The translations under genes and the position numbers were made by a program. A stretch of 64,000 nt of DNA from an uncultured Campylobacterales bacterium (GTDB lineage Bacteria > Campylobacterota > Campylobacteria > Campylobacterales > QNZT01). Positions 48,520-57,828 of this stretch are shown piece by piece. The DNA is taken from the NCBI GenBank assembly GCA_964622255.1, contig CAZUPK010000098.1, positions 24,569-88,568 on the forward strand, written 5' to 3'. The notes below the pieces were generated by a model. The model did not search any database and was not told the DNA's origin. It was given only the letters and a program-made list of their open reading frames with translations. Each line of letters begins with the position of its first letter. Positions within the stretch are counted from its first letter, which is position 1.

Positions 48520-49349
48520 TGGCTTTTAATTATGATAAATATTTAAGAACTGATAAGATGCCAACACTATGGTGTTGGGGATGTGGAGATGGAGTTATTC
48601 TAAAAGCTGTGATCAGAGCGATCGATAAAATAGGATGGGATATGGATGATGTTTGTGTGGTTTCTGGTATCGGGTGTTCAGGAAGATTTTCTTCTTACAT
48701 CGATTGTAACACAGTTCATACAACTCACGGTAGGGTTGTTGCTTATGCTACAGGTATAAAGCTTGCAAATCCAGATAAACATGTGATTATGGTAACAGGA
48801 GATGGAGATGGACTTGCAATCGGTGGAAACCATACCATACACGGGTGTAGAAGAAATATAGACTTAAATCATATAGTTGTAGATAACTTTATTTATGGTT
48901 TGACTAACTCCCAAACCTCTCCTACTACTCCTCAGGGTATGTGGACGGTAACTGCTCAATATGGAAGCATAGATCCTACTTTTGATGCTTGTAAGTTAGC
49001 TGAGGGTGCTGGAGCTACTTTTATAGCAAGAGAGAGTGTAAACGATCCTAAAAAGTTAGAAAAAGTGTTTGTAGAAGGGTTTAGACATAAAGGATACTCT
49101 TTCTTTGATGTATTTAGTAACTGCCATATCAACCTTGGTAGAAAAAATGCTATGAAAAATGCTATGGAGAACTTAGATTGGATAGATAGCATTACGATTT
49201 CTAAGAAAAAATATGACAAGATGAGTGAAGAGGAGAGAGAAGGTAAGTTCCCTACCGGTATCTTAAAACAAGTTGAGAAGCCTGAGTATTGTGAGTTGTA
49301 TGACAAAGTTATAGAGGCTGCTCAAAATAAAACTAAAGTAAAACTGTAA
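48519..49349 (+). CDS. oorB: 2-oxoglutarate:acceptor oxidoreductase beta (TPP) subunit
   Basis: WCWGCGDG, GIGCSGR and GDGDGLAIGGNH TPP/Fe-S motifs. Confidence 0.9.
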   Translation: MAFNYDKYLRTDKMPTLWCWGCGDGVILKAVIRAIDKIGWDMDDVCVVSGIGCSGRFSSYIDCNTVHTTHGRVVAYATGIKLANPDKHVIMVTGDGDGLAIGGNHTIHGCRRNIDLNHIVVDNFIYGLTNSQTSPTTPQGMWTVTAQYGSIDPTFDACKLAEGAGATFIARESVNDPKKLEKVFVEGFRHKGYSFFDVFSNCHINLGRKNAMKNAMENLDWIDSITISKKKYDKMSEEEREGKFPTGILKQVEKPEYCELYDKVIEAAQNKTKVKL

Positions 49350-49359
49350 GGAGGATAAG

Positions 49360-49923
49360 ATGAGAAATCAACTAAGATTTACAGGTGTTGGTGGACAGGG
49401 TGTTCTTCTTGCAGGAGAGATTTTGGCAGCAGCTAAGATTAGTGATGGAGGATATGGGGTAAAAGCAGCAACTTATACATCTCAAGTTAGAGGTGGACCT
49501 ACTGTTGTTGATATTTTACTCGATGATAAAGAGATACTCTTTCCTTATGCGATAGATGGTGAGATAGAGTTTATGCTTTCGGTTGCAGATGTTAGTTTTC
49601 AACAGTTTAAAAATGGAGTGAAAGAGGGTGGTATCATCGTTATAGATCCAGATCTTGTTCATCCTAGTGATGAAGATAGAAAAAAATGGAAAATCTATGA
49701 GATACCTATCATCAGAATAGCAAAATATGAAGTGGGAAATGTTGTAACTCAGTCAGTTGTGGCACTAGCTATAGCTGTAGAGATGACAAAAGTTATGGAT
49801 AAAGAGAAAGTGTTAGAGACTATGAAGAAAAAGGTTCCTGCAAAAGTTCTTGATGCTAACTTAAAGGCTTGGGAGTTCGGTGAAAAATATGCTAAAGAGG
49901 CACTAGAAACTCAGGAGAAATAA
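49360..49923 (+). CDS. oorC: 2-oxoglutarate:acceptor oxidoreductase gamma subunit
   Basis: 187 aa. The R..G.GGQG N-terminus is typical of the gamma subunit. Confidence 0.85.
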   Translation: MRNQLRFTGVGGQGVLLAGEILAAAKISDGGYGVKAATYTSQVRGGPTVVDILLDDKEILFPYAIDGEIEFMLSVADVSFQQFKNGVKEGGIIVIDPDLVHPSDEDRKKWKIYEIPIIRIAKYEVGNVVTQSVVALAIAVEMTKVMDKEKVLETMKKKVPAKVLDANLKAWEFGEKYAKEALETQEK

Positions 49924-49930
49924 TTTTTTA

Positions 49931-49958
49931 AAGCAAAAGGAAAATTTCCCTTTGCTTT
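49931..49958 (+). terminator. hairpin after oorC
   Basis: AAGCAAAAGG/CCCTTTGCTT stem (one mismatch) with a 7-nt loop, 8 nt after the stop. The T run is short. Confidence 0.4.
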
Positions 49959-50062
49959 AACTACATAAAGAAAAATAAAAAATAACAAAATATCAGTTAA
50001 ATTTAAAATATTTTATTATAAACTCATATAAGTATGATTTTTTTTACAAAAAGTGAGTTTTT

Positions 50063-51928
50063 ATGGAAGTAATATCTACAAGGTTTAAAACTGTTGAGAG
50101 ATTGGAGAAGTTTATAATATCAAATCACTTGACACAAGGCGATGATGAACTTTTTGTAAAAGTCCTTCTTCCAAACAGTAAAATAAGTAAGTACAAATCT
50201 TTATATAAATTTTTATCAAGATATATAAAGAGTCAAAATATATTTGGTTTGATAAATGATACAGCTTTATTAAACTCTGTAGCAGTTGATGATATAGTTA
50301 TAGTCTTTATAACAATTTTTAAAAATAGGGCAAAACTTTCATATAGTCCAAATCTTTGCAATTTAAAAAATATAAATAAAAACTCTTTTACCCTCATATA
50401 CTCAGTTGGTGCTGATAAACAGAGCTTTTTAAAAGAGTTTGATAGTAGTTTAGATTTAGTTGGAAGTTTTTATCATAAAGCTATCATATATAAAGATGAA
50501 CTTTATACTACAGGTATGCTTTGTTTTGAAGTAGAAAAATATTTTGATTTGGATATAAAGATAGTTGATAGTATAACTCCTATAGGAAGAGAGTTAAAAG
50601 TTGATAAATCTGAAAATAGTAAAATAGTTTCTATAGAAAAGTATTCACCAAAGGGGTTGTATAAACATTATTTGACAGATGAAGTTTCGAAAGACTTGGT
50701 AAAGGCATCATATACATTTCCACTTTTAAAAGGAAATAAAAGCTCCTTGATACTAAGTGAGAGTGAAGATTCTATAAAAGTTGAATATCCCATAAATAGT
50801 GAGGATAGGTTGAGATTGGGATATACAAATAGTTCAAGCTTTTATAATAATTATGAAAAAGGTGTAGTAGCATTTGAAGATAGTTTTAGTGATGCATTTT
50901 TTTTGATGTTTTCAGTAGCAAGAGAAAATTTTTTCAAAGAAAATGGCTTTTGTTATGAAGATGCGATAGGTTTTCAAAGTAGAAGTGAAGTAGTTGTTTT
51001 TAAAGGTAAGGTATATGATTTAACTCACTCTATAGTTATGATAAATATAAATAGCCAAAATAAAAATAGGCTAAGATATAAAAGATTTAAACCTGTCAAA
51101 ATGAATGTTGGTGCCGTAGCAGAGCTTGACGCCCTGTCTAATATAGCTAAAATATCATCAAATGAACTTGAAGCATTAAATAAAAAGTTGGAAAAAAGAG
51201 TAAAACAGGAGGTAGAGAAGAACTTAAAAAAAGATTCCATTATGATTCATCAGACCCGTTTAGCTCAAATGGGAGAGATGATGAGCCTTATAGCTCATCA
51301 ATGGAAACAGCCACTTTCTGCTATAAGTGCTACAAGTTCGGGACTTCATATAAAGATAGAACTTGATATGTATGACAAAGAGTTCTTTTTAAGATCTTTG
51401 ACAAAGATAGAGGAATTTGTAAACCATCTCTCAACAACCATAGATGATTTTTCAAATTTTTTTAAACCATCAAAGAGAAAGAGTGAGTTTTTTATATATA
51501 AATCGATAGATAAAGCTCTATCCATAGCAACCTATTCATTGTCCAAAAAAACAATCGATTTAGTGCTTGATGTAGATAAAAGTTTAAAGGTTAAAACATA
51601 TCAAAACGAACTTGTTCAAGTATTATTAAACTTAATAAAAAATGCTGAAAATATTTTAATAAAAAGAGAGGTAAAAGAGCCTAAGATTTGGATAAAAGTA
51701 TTTAAAAAAGATGAAAAGAAAGTTATACAGATATGTGATAATGCAAAAGGGATAGATAAAAAGGTATTACCAAGAATATTTGAGCCATATTTTTCTACCA
51801 AAGCTACAAAAAATTCAACCGGACTTGGACTATATATGTCAAAGTTTATCATAGAGGATAGTTTAGGTGGAAAACTGGAGGCTAAAAATGATGAAAAAGG
51901 GGCTGTTTTTAGTATTATTTTAGTATAA
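50063..51928 (+). CDS. soluble sensor histidine kinase with a large unassigned N-terminal domain
   Basis: H box LIAHQWKQPL, N box LLNLIKNA, G boxes DNAKGI and GLGLY. About 380 N-terminal residues have no obvious TM helix. A coiled-coil linker is present. Confidence 0.75.
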   Translation: MEVISTRFKTVERLEKFIISNHLTQGDDELFVKVLLPNSKISKYKSLYKFLSRYIKSQNIFGLINDTALLNSVAVDDIVIVFITIFKNRAKLSYSPNLCNLKNINKNSFTLIYSVGADKQSFLKEFDSSLDLVGSFYHKAIIYKDELYTTGMLCFEVEKYFDLDIKIVDSITPIGRELKVDKSENSKIVSIEKYSPKGLYKHYLTDEVSKDLVKASYTFPLLKGNKSSLILSESEDSIKVEYPINSEDRLRLGYTNSSSFYNNYEKGVVAFEDSFSDAFFLMFSVARENFFKENGFCYEDAIGFQSRSEVVVFKGKVYDLTHSIVMININSQNKNRLRYKRFKPVKMNVGAVAELDALSNIAKISSNELEALNKKLEKRVKQEVEKNLKKDSIMIHQTRLAQMGEMMSLIAHQWKQPLSAISATSSGLHIKIELDMYDKEFFLRSLTKIEEFVNHLSTTIDDFSNFFKPSKRKSEFFIYKSIDKALSIATYSLSKKTIDLVLDVDKSLKVKTYQNELVQVLLNLIKNAENILIKREVKEPKIWIKVFKKDEKKVIQICDNAKGIDKKVLPRIFEPYFSTKATKNSTGLGLYMSKFIIEDSLGGKLEAKNDEKGAVFSIILV

Positions 51929-51965
51929 TTGTAATGTAAAAAATTTTTTAAAAAGGACGGTTTAT

Positions 51966-52802
51966 ATGAGGAAAATAGCTCTAAGTTTGCTACTTTTAAG
52001 TGCGATAATGACTCAATCACAAGCAAAAACATATGCGACTGTTGGGGATAAGCAGATAACAGATGTTGATATAGAACAAGTTTTAAGGGTTCTTCCAAAT
52101 GGAGAATTGATAAAAAATCTAGGTGGTATAGATAGACTTGATGATGTAAAGAAAAAACAGATAATAGACATAGCAGTTGATAACTATCTTATAGCTAAGA
52201 AGGCTTTTAGTGAGGGAATAGATAAGACCAAAGAGTATAAAGAGCAGTTGGAAAATATCAAAAACTCTTTAGCAACTCAACTTTATAGTAAAAAAATCAT
52301 AGATAGTATCAAAGTTAGTGATAAAGAGGTAAAAGAGTATTATGATAAAAATAAAGATAAATTTACCGAACCAGAAGATAAAGTAAAAGCAAGACACATA
52401 CTTGTAAAAGATGAAAAAGAGGCAAAAAAACTTATAAAAGAGTTAGAGGATGCAAAAGATAAAGAGGCAAAGTTTATAGAATTGGCAAAGAAAAACTCTA
52501 TAGGTCCTAGTAAAATTAATGGTGGAGAGCTTGGTTGGTTTGATGCTAAAAGGATGGTTTTAGAGTTTTCAAAAGCTGCTTTTGCATTAAAAAAAGGTGA
52601 GTTTACTAAAAAACCTGTAAAAACTCAGTTTGGTTACCATATAATTTATCTTCAAGATAGAGTTAAAAAGGGAACAGTTGTGCCTTTTGATAGTGTAAAA
52701 AATAAGATAAAAGAGGTACTAAAAGCTAAAAAAACAAAGAAAAGATTTGATGAACTTGTAAAAAGTTTAAGAGAAAAAACAAAAGTGGAGTATAGTAAAT
52801 AG
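51966..52802 (+). CDS. periplasmic parvulin-type peptidyl-prolyl isomerase (PEB4/SurA-like)
   Basis: Signal peptide. PpiC motifs ARHILV, GGELGWF and FGYHII. Located upstream of fba, as peb4 is in C. jejuni. Confidence 0.75.
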   Translation: MRKIALSLLLLSAIMTQSQAKTYATVGDKQITDVDIEQVLRVLPNGELIKNLGGIDRLDDVKKKQIIDIAVDNYLIAKKAFSEGIDKTKEYKEQLENIKNSLATQLYSKKIIDSIKVSDKEVKEYYDKNKDKFTEPEDKVKARHILVKDEKEAKKLIKELEDAKDKEAKFIELAKKNSIGPSKINGGELGWFDAKRMVLEFSKAAFALKKGEFTKKPVKTQFGYHIIYLQDRVKKGTVVPFDSVKNKIKEVLKAKKTKKRFDELVKSLREKTKVEYSK

Positions 52803-52808
52803 GAGTAT

Positions 52809-53879
52809 ATGATGGGTGTAGTTGAGAAGATAGGAACAGGTGTTATAACAGGAGATAAAGTTACCAAACTTTTTGATATAGCTAAAAAAGAGGGTTTTGC
52901 AATCCCTGCAGTCAATGTAGTTGGGACAGACTCTATAAATGCGGTTTTAGAATCGGCAAGAGAGGTAAATTCTCCGGTTATCATACAGTTAAGTAATGGT
53001 GGAGCTGCATTTTATGCAGGTAAAGGACTTGATGCTAAAGAGGGGGCAGTTTTAGGAGCAGTAAGTGCCGCAAAACATATTCACACAGTTGCAAAAGCTT
53101 ATAAAGTTCCAGTTATTTTGCACACTGACCATGCCGCAAGAAAACTTTTACCTTGGATAGATGCTTTGCTTTTAGAGAGTGAGGAATATTTTAAACAGAC
53201 AGGTTCACCACTTTTTAGTTCTCATATGTTAGACCTCAGTGAAGAGAGTTTAGAAGATAACCTATCTACTTGTGAAGAGTATCTAAAAAGGATGAGTGCT
53301 ATTGGTATGACTTTGGAGATAGAGCTTGGAATAACAGGTGGAGAGGAAGATGGAGTTGATAATACAGGAGTTGATAATTCTCTACTTTACACTCAACCAG
53401 AAGAAGTAGCCAAGGCTTATGAGAGACTTTCTAAGATAAGTGATAAGTTTACAATAGCTGCTAGTTTTGGTAATGTTCACGGAGTTTATAAACCGGGAAA
53501 TGTTGTTTTACAGCCGGTTATACTTAAAAACTCTCAAGAGTATATAAAAAACAAATACTTAACAGATGATAGACCGGTTAGCTTTGTATTTCACGGAGGA
53601 AGCGGAAGCTCTTTAGAAGAGATAAGAGAGGCGGTGAGTTATGGTGTTGTAAAGATGAACATAGATACAGATACTCAGTGGGCTTTTTGGAATGGGGTAA
53701 GAAAATATGAAGCAAAATATAAAGACTATCTTCAGTCTCAAATAGGAAATCCACAAGGTGAAGATAAACCTAACAAAAGTTACTATGATCCTAGAAAGTG
53801 GCTTAGAGAGGGTGAAAAGTCTATGATAGAAAGGCTAAAAGTGGCCTTTAGTGATCTAAACTGCCTTGATAGAAATTAA
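52809..53879 (+). CDS. fba: class II fructose-bisphosphate aldolase
   Basis: 356 aa. PVILHTDH, FGNVHGVY and FVFHGGSGS motifs. Confidence 0.9.
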   Translation: MMGVVEKIGTGVITGDKVTKLFDIAKKEGFAIPAVNVVGTDSINAVLESAREVNSPVIIQLSNGGAAFYAGKGLDAKEGAVLGAVSAAKHIHTVAKAYKVPVILHTDHAARKLLPWIDALLLESEEYFKQTGSPLFSSHMLDLSEESLEDNLSTCEEYLKRMSAIGMTLEIELGITGGEEDGVDNTGVDNSLLYTQPEEVAKAYERLSKISDKFTIAASFGNVHGVYKPGNVVLQPVILKNSQEYIKNKYLTDDRPVSFVFHGGSGSSLEEIREAVSYGVVKMNIDTDTQWAFWNGVRKYEAKYKDYLQSQIGNPQGEDKPNKSYYDPRKWLREGEKSMIERLKVAFSDLNCLDRN

Positions 53880-54723
53880 CCATCCAACCCCCATTGAAAA
53901 CTTTCTCTTTAGAGGAGAAAACTATTACCTAAAAAGGGATGAACTTCTTCATCCTTTTTTTAGTGGAAACAAAGCTAGAAAGCTTTGGTTTTTATTTGAT
54001 AAGGATCTCTCAAACTATAACAAACTCATATCCTATGGTTCAGCCCAATCAAATGCAATGCTTTCACTCTCATTCTTTGCAAAAGTAAAAGGTTTAGAGT
54101 TTGATTACTATGTCTCTCATATAGCTGATTTTTTAGTGAAAAATCCACATGGAAACTATGAGATGGCTTTGAAAAATGGTATGAATTTGATAGTGGGAGA
54201 GTATCCAAAAGATTTTTTGGAAGATGAACTCTTTATACACGAGGGTGGTTATGAAAAAGAGGCTGAGATAGGTTTAAAAGTTTTAGCCAATGAGATAAGA
54301 GAGTGGGCAAAAGAAAAGAAAAAAAATATAGATATATTTTTGCCAAGTGGCACAGGAACTACAGCTTTGTTTTTACAAAAAAATCTTCCTGAGTTTAAAG
54401 TCTGGACAACCCCTTGTGTATCAGATAGAAACTACTTAAAAAAAGAGTTTTTAGGACTTTGTAAAGATGAGAGTTTACATCCTTTTATCTTAGATACTCC
54501 AAAAAAATACTATTTTGCAAAACTATACAAAGAGTTTTATGATATTTGGAAAGAGCTAAAAAATGCAGGAATAGAGTTTGACTTAGTCTATGATCCAAAA
54601 GGTTGGGTAACTATGCTTTATCATAAAAAGATTTTTAAAAAGGAGATACTTTACATCCATCAAGGTGGTATTTTGGGAAATATCAGTATGTTAAGAAGGT
54701 ATGAAAGGAAGTTTGGAAAGTAG
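53866..54723 (+). CDS. PLP-dependent ACC deaminase / D-cysteine desulfhydrase family protein
   Basis: FSGNKARKL (GGNK.RKL-type lysine motif) and a PSGTGTT glycine loop. TTG start overlaps the fba end. Confidence 0.65.
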   Translation: MIEINHPTPIENFLFRGENYYLKRDELLHPFFSGNKARKLWFLFDKDLSNYNKLISYGSAQSNAMLSLSFFAKVKGLEFDYYVSHIADFLVKNPHGNYEMALKNGMNLIVGEYPKDFLEDELFIHEGGYEKEAEIGLKVLANEIREWAKEKKKNIDIFLPSGTGTTALFLQKNLPEFKVWTTPCVSDRNYLKKEFLGLCKDESLHPFILDTPKKYYFAKLYKEFYDIWKELKNAGIEFDLVYDPKGWVTMLYHKKIFKKEILYIHQGGILGNISMLRRYERKFGK

Positions 54724-54726
54724 CTT

Positions 54727-55617
54727 ATGACAACAAAAATAGCATATCAAGGAGTAACAGGAGCATATAGTGAACAAGCCTGCAAAAGTGCATATCCAAA
54801 TCTTACACCAATAGCTTGTGAAACTTTTTTAGATGCTATGAAAATGGTGGAAGAGGGTAAAGCAATATATGCGATGATACCTCTTGAAAACTCAACTGCA
54901 GGAAGGGTAGAGGAAATATATAGGCTTATTCCGAAGATGAAGCTACATGTTGTTGGAGAACATTTTGAACCAGTTGTTCACTGCCTTTTAGGGGTAAGGG
55001 GGAGTAAAAAAGGGGATATAAAGTATGTAGCTTCACATCCTCAAGCACTAGCTCAATGCCAAAATAATATCCTAAAACTAGGACTTACTTCCATAGTAAA
55101 ACTAGATACTGCGGGAAGTGCAAAAGAGATAAAAGAGTTAAATGACAGCTCTTTTGGTGCTATAGCATCAAAGTTAGCTTCAAAGATATATGATTTGGAA
55201 CTTTTACAAGAGCATTTTGAAGATGTAAGGGGGAATACTACAAGATTTTTTATACTTTCAAAAGATAAATATATACCGCCATATAAAAAAAAGAAAAACT
55301 ATATAACATCTATCATCTTCCAAGTAAGAGATATTCCGGCAGCTTTATATAAAGCACTTGGTGGATTTGCAACAAATGGCATAAATTTGCTAAAACTTGA
55401 AAGTTATGCGATGGAGGGAACTCTAAATGCTACAGGATTTCATGTTGATATAGAGGGGCATATAGATTCAACTTGTATGAAAAGAGCTTTGGAAGAGTTA
55501 GAGTTTTTTTCAAGTGAAATAAAGATTTTAGGAACTTATGAAAGTCATAGGTTAAGAGGAAAACTTTGTGATAAAACCCCAACTCCTGTTATGATTAAAA
55601 CATCAACTCTTCTTTGA
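54727..55617 (+). CDS. pheA: prephenate dehydratase
   Basis: IAYQGV.GAYSE N-terminus, NTTRFFIL, and a C-terminal ACT domain. The last 25 or so residues extend past the usual end. Confidence 0.85.
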   Translation: MTTKIAYQGVTGAYSEQACKSAYPNLTPIACETFLDAMKMVEEGKAIYAMIPLENSTAGRVEEIYRLIPKMKLHVVGEHFEPVVHCLLGVRGSKKGDIKYVASHPQALAQCQNNILKLGLTSIVKLDTAGSAKEIKELNDSSFGAIASKLASKIYDLELLQEHFEDVRGNTTRFFILSKDKYIPPYKKKKNYITSIIFQVRDIPAALYKALGGFATNGINLLKLESYAMEGTLNATGFHVDIEGHIDSTCMKRALEELEFFSSEIKILGTYESHRLRGKLCDKTPTPVMIKTSTLL

Positions 55618-56417
55618 GTTTGCAAAGCTTTTAAAACATCATCTTTTTTTATCCTCTCTCTTCCCTCTCCAAAATATGGTTTTTTCTTCACTTTTCCAAA
55701 ATATTTTGTATCTCCTCCAAGTTTTACTCCCACTCTATAAGCCATAGCACATATAGGATATCCAGCATTTGGACTTTCATAAAATCTTGCACAAGAAAAT
55801 ATCTTTTTTATATCTCCTCCTATTATGATAGCAGTTATCCTTGAGGGAATAAAGTTTGCCAAATCATCAAGTTTTGCACTAAAATATCCAAAGTTTTCAT
55901 ATCTTTTTATTTTGTATCCGACCATACTATCAAGAGTATTTATCGCCTTATAGACAAATGCCCCTTTTAGTCCAAAAATCAAAAGATAAAATAAGGGTGC
56001 AACCACTCCATCACTCAAATTTTCTGCATAAGTTTCTATGGAAGCTTTATAAATATCGCTTTGACTTAACTCTTTTGTATCACGACTTACAAGATATTTT
56101 ATATTTTGTGGCTTGTTTATAACTTTTTTAACTTCATCATAAAGCATCTTTGAAGATATGGCTATTGATGCAAGTATCGCTAAAACAAAGGTATTTGTTA
56201 CAAAACTTTCTATAAAAAAAGTTACTAAAAAAACACTTCCAACTACAAATAAAGTTAATATGGCTCCTCTAACTTTAGAGTCTTCATAAAAGTTTTTTTC
56301 AAACCACTTTATCATATCTCCCATATAAATAATAGGATGTTTATAACCTTTGATAAAGTTAAACTCACCAAAAACTCTATCTATCAGATATGCTAAAAGT
56401 GCTAAGTGAGGATACAA
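55545..56417 (-). CDS. cbiB: adenosylcobinamide-phosphate synthase
   Basis: 290 aa membrane protein. HPIIYMGD and the CobD/CbiB family pattern. Overlaps the cobQ end. Confidence 0.8.
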   Translation of the reverse strand: MYPHLALLAYLIDRVFGEFNFIKGYKHPIIYMGDMIKWFEKNFYEDSKVRGAILTLFVVGSVFLVTFFIESFVTNTFVLAILASIAISSKMLYDEVKKVINKPQNIKYLVSRDTKELSQSDIYKASIETYAENLSDGVVAPLFYLLIFGLKGAFVYKAINTLDSMVGYKIKRYENFGYFSAKLDDLANFIPSRITAIIIGGDIKKIFSCARFYESPNAGYPICAMAYRVGVKLGGDTKYFGKVKKKPYFGEGRERIKKDDVLKALQTQRRVDVLIITGVGVLSQSFPLNL

Positions 56418-57766
56418 GAAAGCAGTCCTTTTACATCTAAGTTTTCTTTCATAACAGCCATAAACTCTTCTATCTTTTTTCTTTTATACTCTCTAAAGTT
56501 ATAGCCCTTGTAGCTACTATCTATCTTTTTAAAGATAAACTCTCTTAACTTATCACTATCAAAAACTTCATGAACAAATGTTGCATAGATATTTCCATTA
56601 TGATAGAATAATGGATACTTTTTAGCCCTTCCCTCATGCAGCTCAAACCCCTCAAGCTCTATGCCGAAAATATTGTAACTACTACGATTTAATATCTTCT
56701 TTTCATAAAACTCTACATCATCGTCGATAAGTCCTAAACCCTTCTCATTTCCAACTCTTTTACAAAGCTTTTCAAATCCTCCGCATATCCCAAACAAAAT
56801 CCCCTTAAAACTCTTTATCCTTCTATCCAATCCACTTCTTTTAAGCCACTTAAGATCTTCTATAGTTAGCTTACTTCCGGGTAAAATAACCATATCAAAC
56901 CTGTCAAGACTCATATTACCAAAAACAAACTCTACCTCCACCTCGCTATCGGCAAGCAGAGATTCAAAGTCGTTATAGTTACTCATCGTAGGATATTTTA
57001 TAACTGCAACTTTTATCTTTATACCACTTTTTGCTTGAGTATAGTTTAAAAGTGATGCCGAATCCTCAAAGCCAAGATTTAAAGGATGATATGGCAAAAC
57101 TCCAAAAACTTTCAATCCAAACTCTTCTTCGATAATCCTAACTCCTTTGTTAAAAAGAGTTTTATCTCCTTGAAACTTGTTTACTATAACACCTATGACA
57201 TTTTTTTGAAGCTCTTTTGGCAAAAGATGATAGACTCCGTAAATAGAAGCAAAAACTCCGCCCTTTTGAATATCTGCTACAAGGATTATCTTTGTGTTAA
57301 AAGTTTTTGCTATGAAGATATTTGATAGATCTTTATCCATAAGATTTAACTCCACAGGACTTCCCGCTCCCTCGGCCACAACTACATCAAAACTCTTTTT
57401 TAACTCTTCAAAGTTTCTTTTTACGATAGGCTTAAGCCTATCTATATCTTTATAATAACTTCTTACATTCATCTCTTCCACTGTCCTACCCTCAACGATA
57501 AGACTTGAGCTACTTCCTCGCCCGGACTTTAAAAGCACAGGGTTTATGTGAAAAGTAGTCTTTAAGTTTAAAATCTCTTTTGCTTGAAAGTATTGAGCAA
57601 CAGCTATTTCACTGTTATCATCGGCTACTTTGGCATTGTTAGAGACATTTTGAGCTTTAAAGGGAGTAACTTTTACTCCTGCTTCTTGCAAAAGCTTTGC
57701 TATGACAAAGGTTATGGTTGATTTTCCGGCATCACTGCTTGTGCCAAAGATAGAGATATCATTCAA
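56402..57766 (-). CDS. cobQ: cobyric acid synthase
   Basis: P-loop GTSSDAGKS, C-terminal GATase with GICGG. TTG start. Confidence 0.85.
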   Translation of the reverse strand: MNDISIFGTSSDAGKSTITFVIAKLLQEAGVKVTPFKAQNVSNNAKVADDNSEIAVAQYFQAKEILNLKTTFHINPVLLKSGRGSSSSLIVEGRTVEEMNVRSYYKDIDRLKPIVKRNFEELKKSFDVVVAEGAGSPVELNLMDKDLSNIFIAKTFNTKIILVADIQKGGVFASIYGVYHLLPKELQKNVIGVIVNKFQGDKTLFNKGVRIIEEEFGLKVFGVLPYHPLNLGFEDSASLLNYTQAKSGIKIKVAVIKYPTMSNYNDFESLLADSEVEVEFVFGNMSLDRFDMVILPGSKLTIEDLKWLKRSGLDRRIKSFKGILFGICGGFEKLCKRVGNEKGLGLIDDDVEFYEKKILNRSSYNIFGIELEGFELHEGRAKKYPLFYHNGNIYATFVHEVFDSDKLREFIFKKIDSSYKGYNFREYKRKKIEEFMAVMKENLDVKGLLSCILT

Positions 57767-57828
57767 GGCTCAAGGCTTTACTTTTTACTTTTATCATTTT
57801 CCATTTTCCATTGGTATAATAAAAAGAC

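Noticed and set aside
36562-49923. Calling the cluster a reductive (reverse) TCA cycle module.
   Set aside because: The diagnostic ATP-citrate lyase (aclAB) and fumarate reductase are not in the window. Every enzyme present also functions in the oxidative or branched cycles of Campylobacter.
55545-55617. A 73-nt convergent overlap of the pheA and cbiB coding regions.
   Set aside because: The pheA tail beyond the ACT domain (after ILGTYES) looks like read-through to the next stop and not a functional extension. No frameshift signature is visible, so this is probably just tight convergent packing.
57812-57820. Perfect extended -10 element TGGTATAAT on the plus strand, pointing antisense into the 3' end of the AAA-ATPase/PD-(D/E)XK gene.
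   Set aside because: There is no plus-strand gene or terminator downstream. TATAAT-like strings are frequent in this composition, so this is not enough for an antisense RNA claim.
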